From an uncultured archaeon (GTDB taxonomy: Archaea; Iainarchaeota; Iainarchaeia; Iainarchaeales; 0-14-0-20-30-16): 32,000 nucleotides of DNA. Positions 31,918 through 32,000 of the stretch are shown one piece after another. Position 1 is the stretch's first letter, and each line of letters opens with the position of its first letter. Under the pieces are notes generated by a model. It did no database searches. It was not told the origin of the DNA and saw only the letters and a list, made by a program, of their open reading frames with translations. The DNA lies in assembly GCA_964565725.1 (NCBI GenBank), contig CAZMGA010000002.1:14481-46480 (forward strand). The letters run 5' to 3'. Both the position numbers and the translations under genes were made by a program.

Positions 31918-32000
31918 ATGTTAAATAAGTTATTTTATGGGTTTTTGTTTTTTTTATTATGCATTTTGATGTTATCTTCAAGTTATGCAAATGATTGTCG
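31918..32000 (+). CDS. 5' end of a secreted/membrane-anchored protein (partial)
   Basis: MLNKLFYGFLFFLLCILMLSSSYANDC.. is a signal-peptide-like N-terminus. GAAGGGA SD. It runs off the window. Confidence 0.5.
   Translation, partial: MLNKLFYGFLFFLLCILMLSSSYANDC

Noticed and set aside
1-32000. Looked for CRISPR arrays, transposase or integrase genes, terminal inverted repeats, toxin-antitoxin pairs, restriction-modification or other defence islands, rRNA genes and recoded stop codons
   Set aside because: No spaced direct repeats and no mobile-element or defence signatures were seen. The lone methyltransferase has no nuclease partner and lacks DNA-MTase motifs (no DPPY/NPPY or PC motif). TAA, TAG and TGA all coincide with the expected protein C-termini, so the standard code applies.

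Overview
This window is very AT-rich, tightly packed archaeal DNA. Nearly every internal gene is preceded by a GGTGA-type Shine-Dalgarno, and the gene content is archaeal-specific (eS4, eL32, eL19, eL34, eL14, eL18, L7Ae, eS28, eL24, eS6, eS24, eS27ae, aIF5B, aIF2-gamma, Rpo3/7/10, Spt4). The size-reduced proteins and missing housekeeping genes suggest a small-genome, DPANN-like archaeon; that is inference only. Positions 1-23540 form one co-directional (+) supercluster of translation, transcription and secretion genes. It joins three conserved archaeal clusters: (1) S4e to L15-SecY-DUF106-L34e-cmk-like-L14e; (2) S13-S4-S11-RpoD-tRNA-Leu-L18e-L13-S9-RpoN-enolase-S2, followed by IleRS and a DUF1003 membrane protein; (3) L7Ae-S28e-L24e-aIF5B-S6e-aIF2gamma-PIN-Rpo7-Spt4-S24e-S27ae. 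Positions 23.5-32 kb are a looser accessory region. It encodes a JAMM protease, a CaCA antiporter, a Cas4-like Fe-S PD-(D/E)XK nuclease, thioredoxin reductase, two small minus-strand proteins, Fe/Mn SOD overlapping an Ogg-type glycosylase, and a SAM methyltransferase. It also holds two tandem mini zinc-finger genes absent from the ORF track, a HIT / zinc-ribbon membrane protein / HAD-like operon, and the start of a secreted protein. I added four CDSs under 60 aa that the track missed (uS14, eL24 and the two zinc-finger paralogs). I also moved many starts from a GTG lying inside the SD to the downstream ATG or TTG. I see no CRISPR array, transposon, integrase or recognisable multi-gene defence system, and I cannot point to a clear novel system. 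The best leads are the tandem YacG/TRASH-like mini zinc fingers, two apparent pseudoenzymes (a P-loop-less cmk homolog and an Asp-to-Asn HAD), the inverted-repeat-decorated bidirectional promoter at SOD, the extended Cas4-like nuclease, and a structured intergenic element after S27ae.
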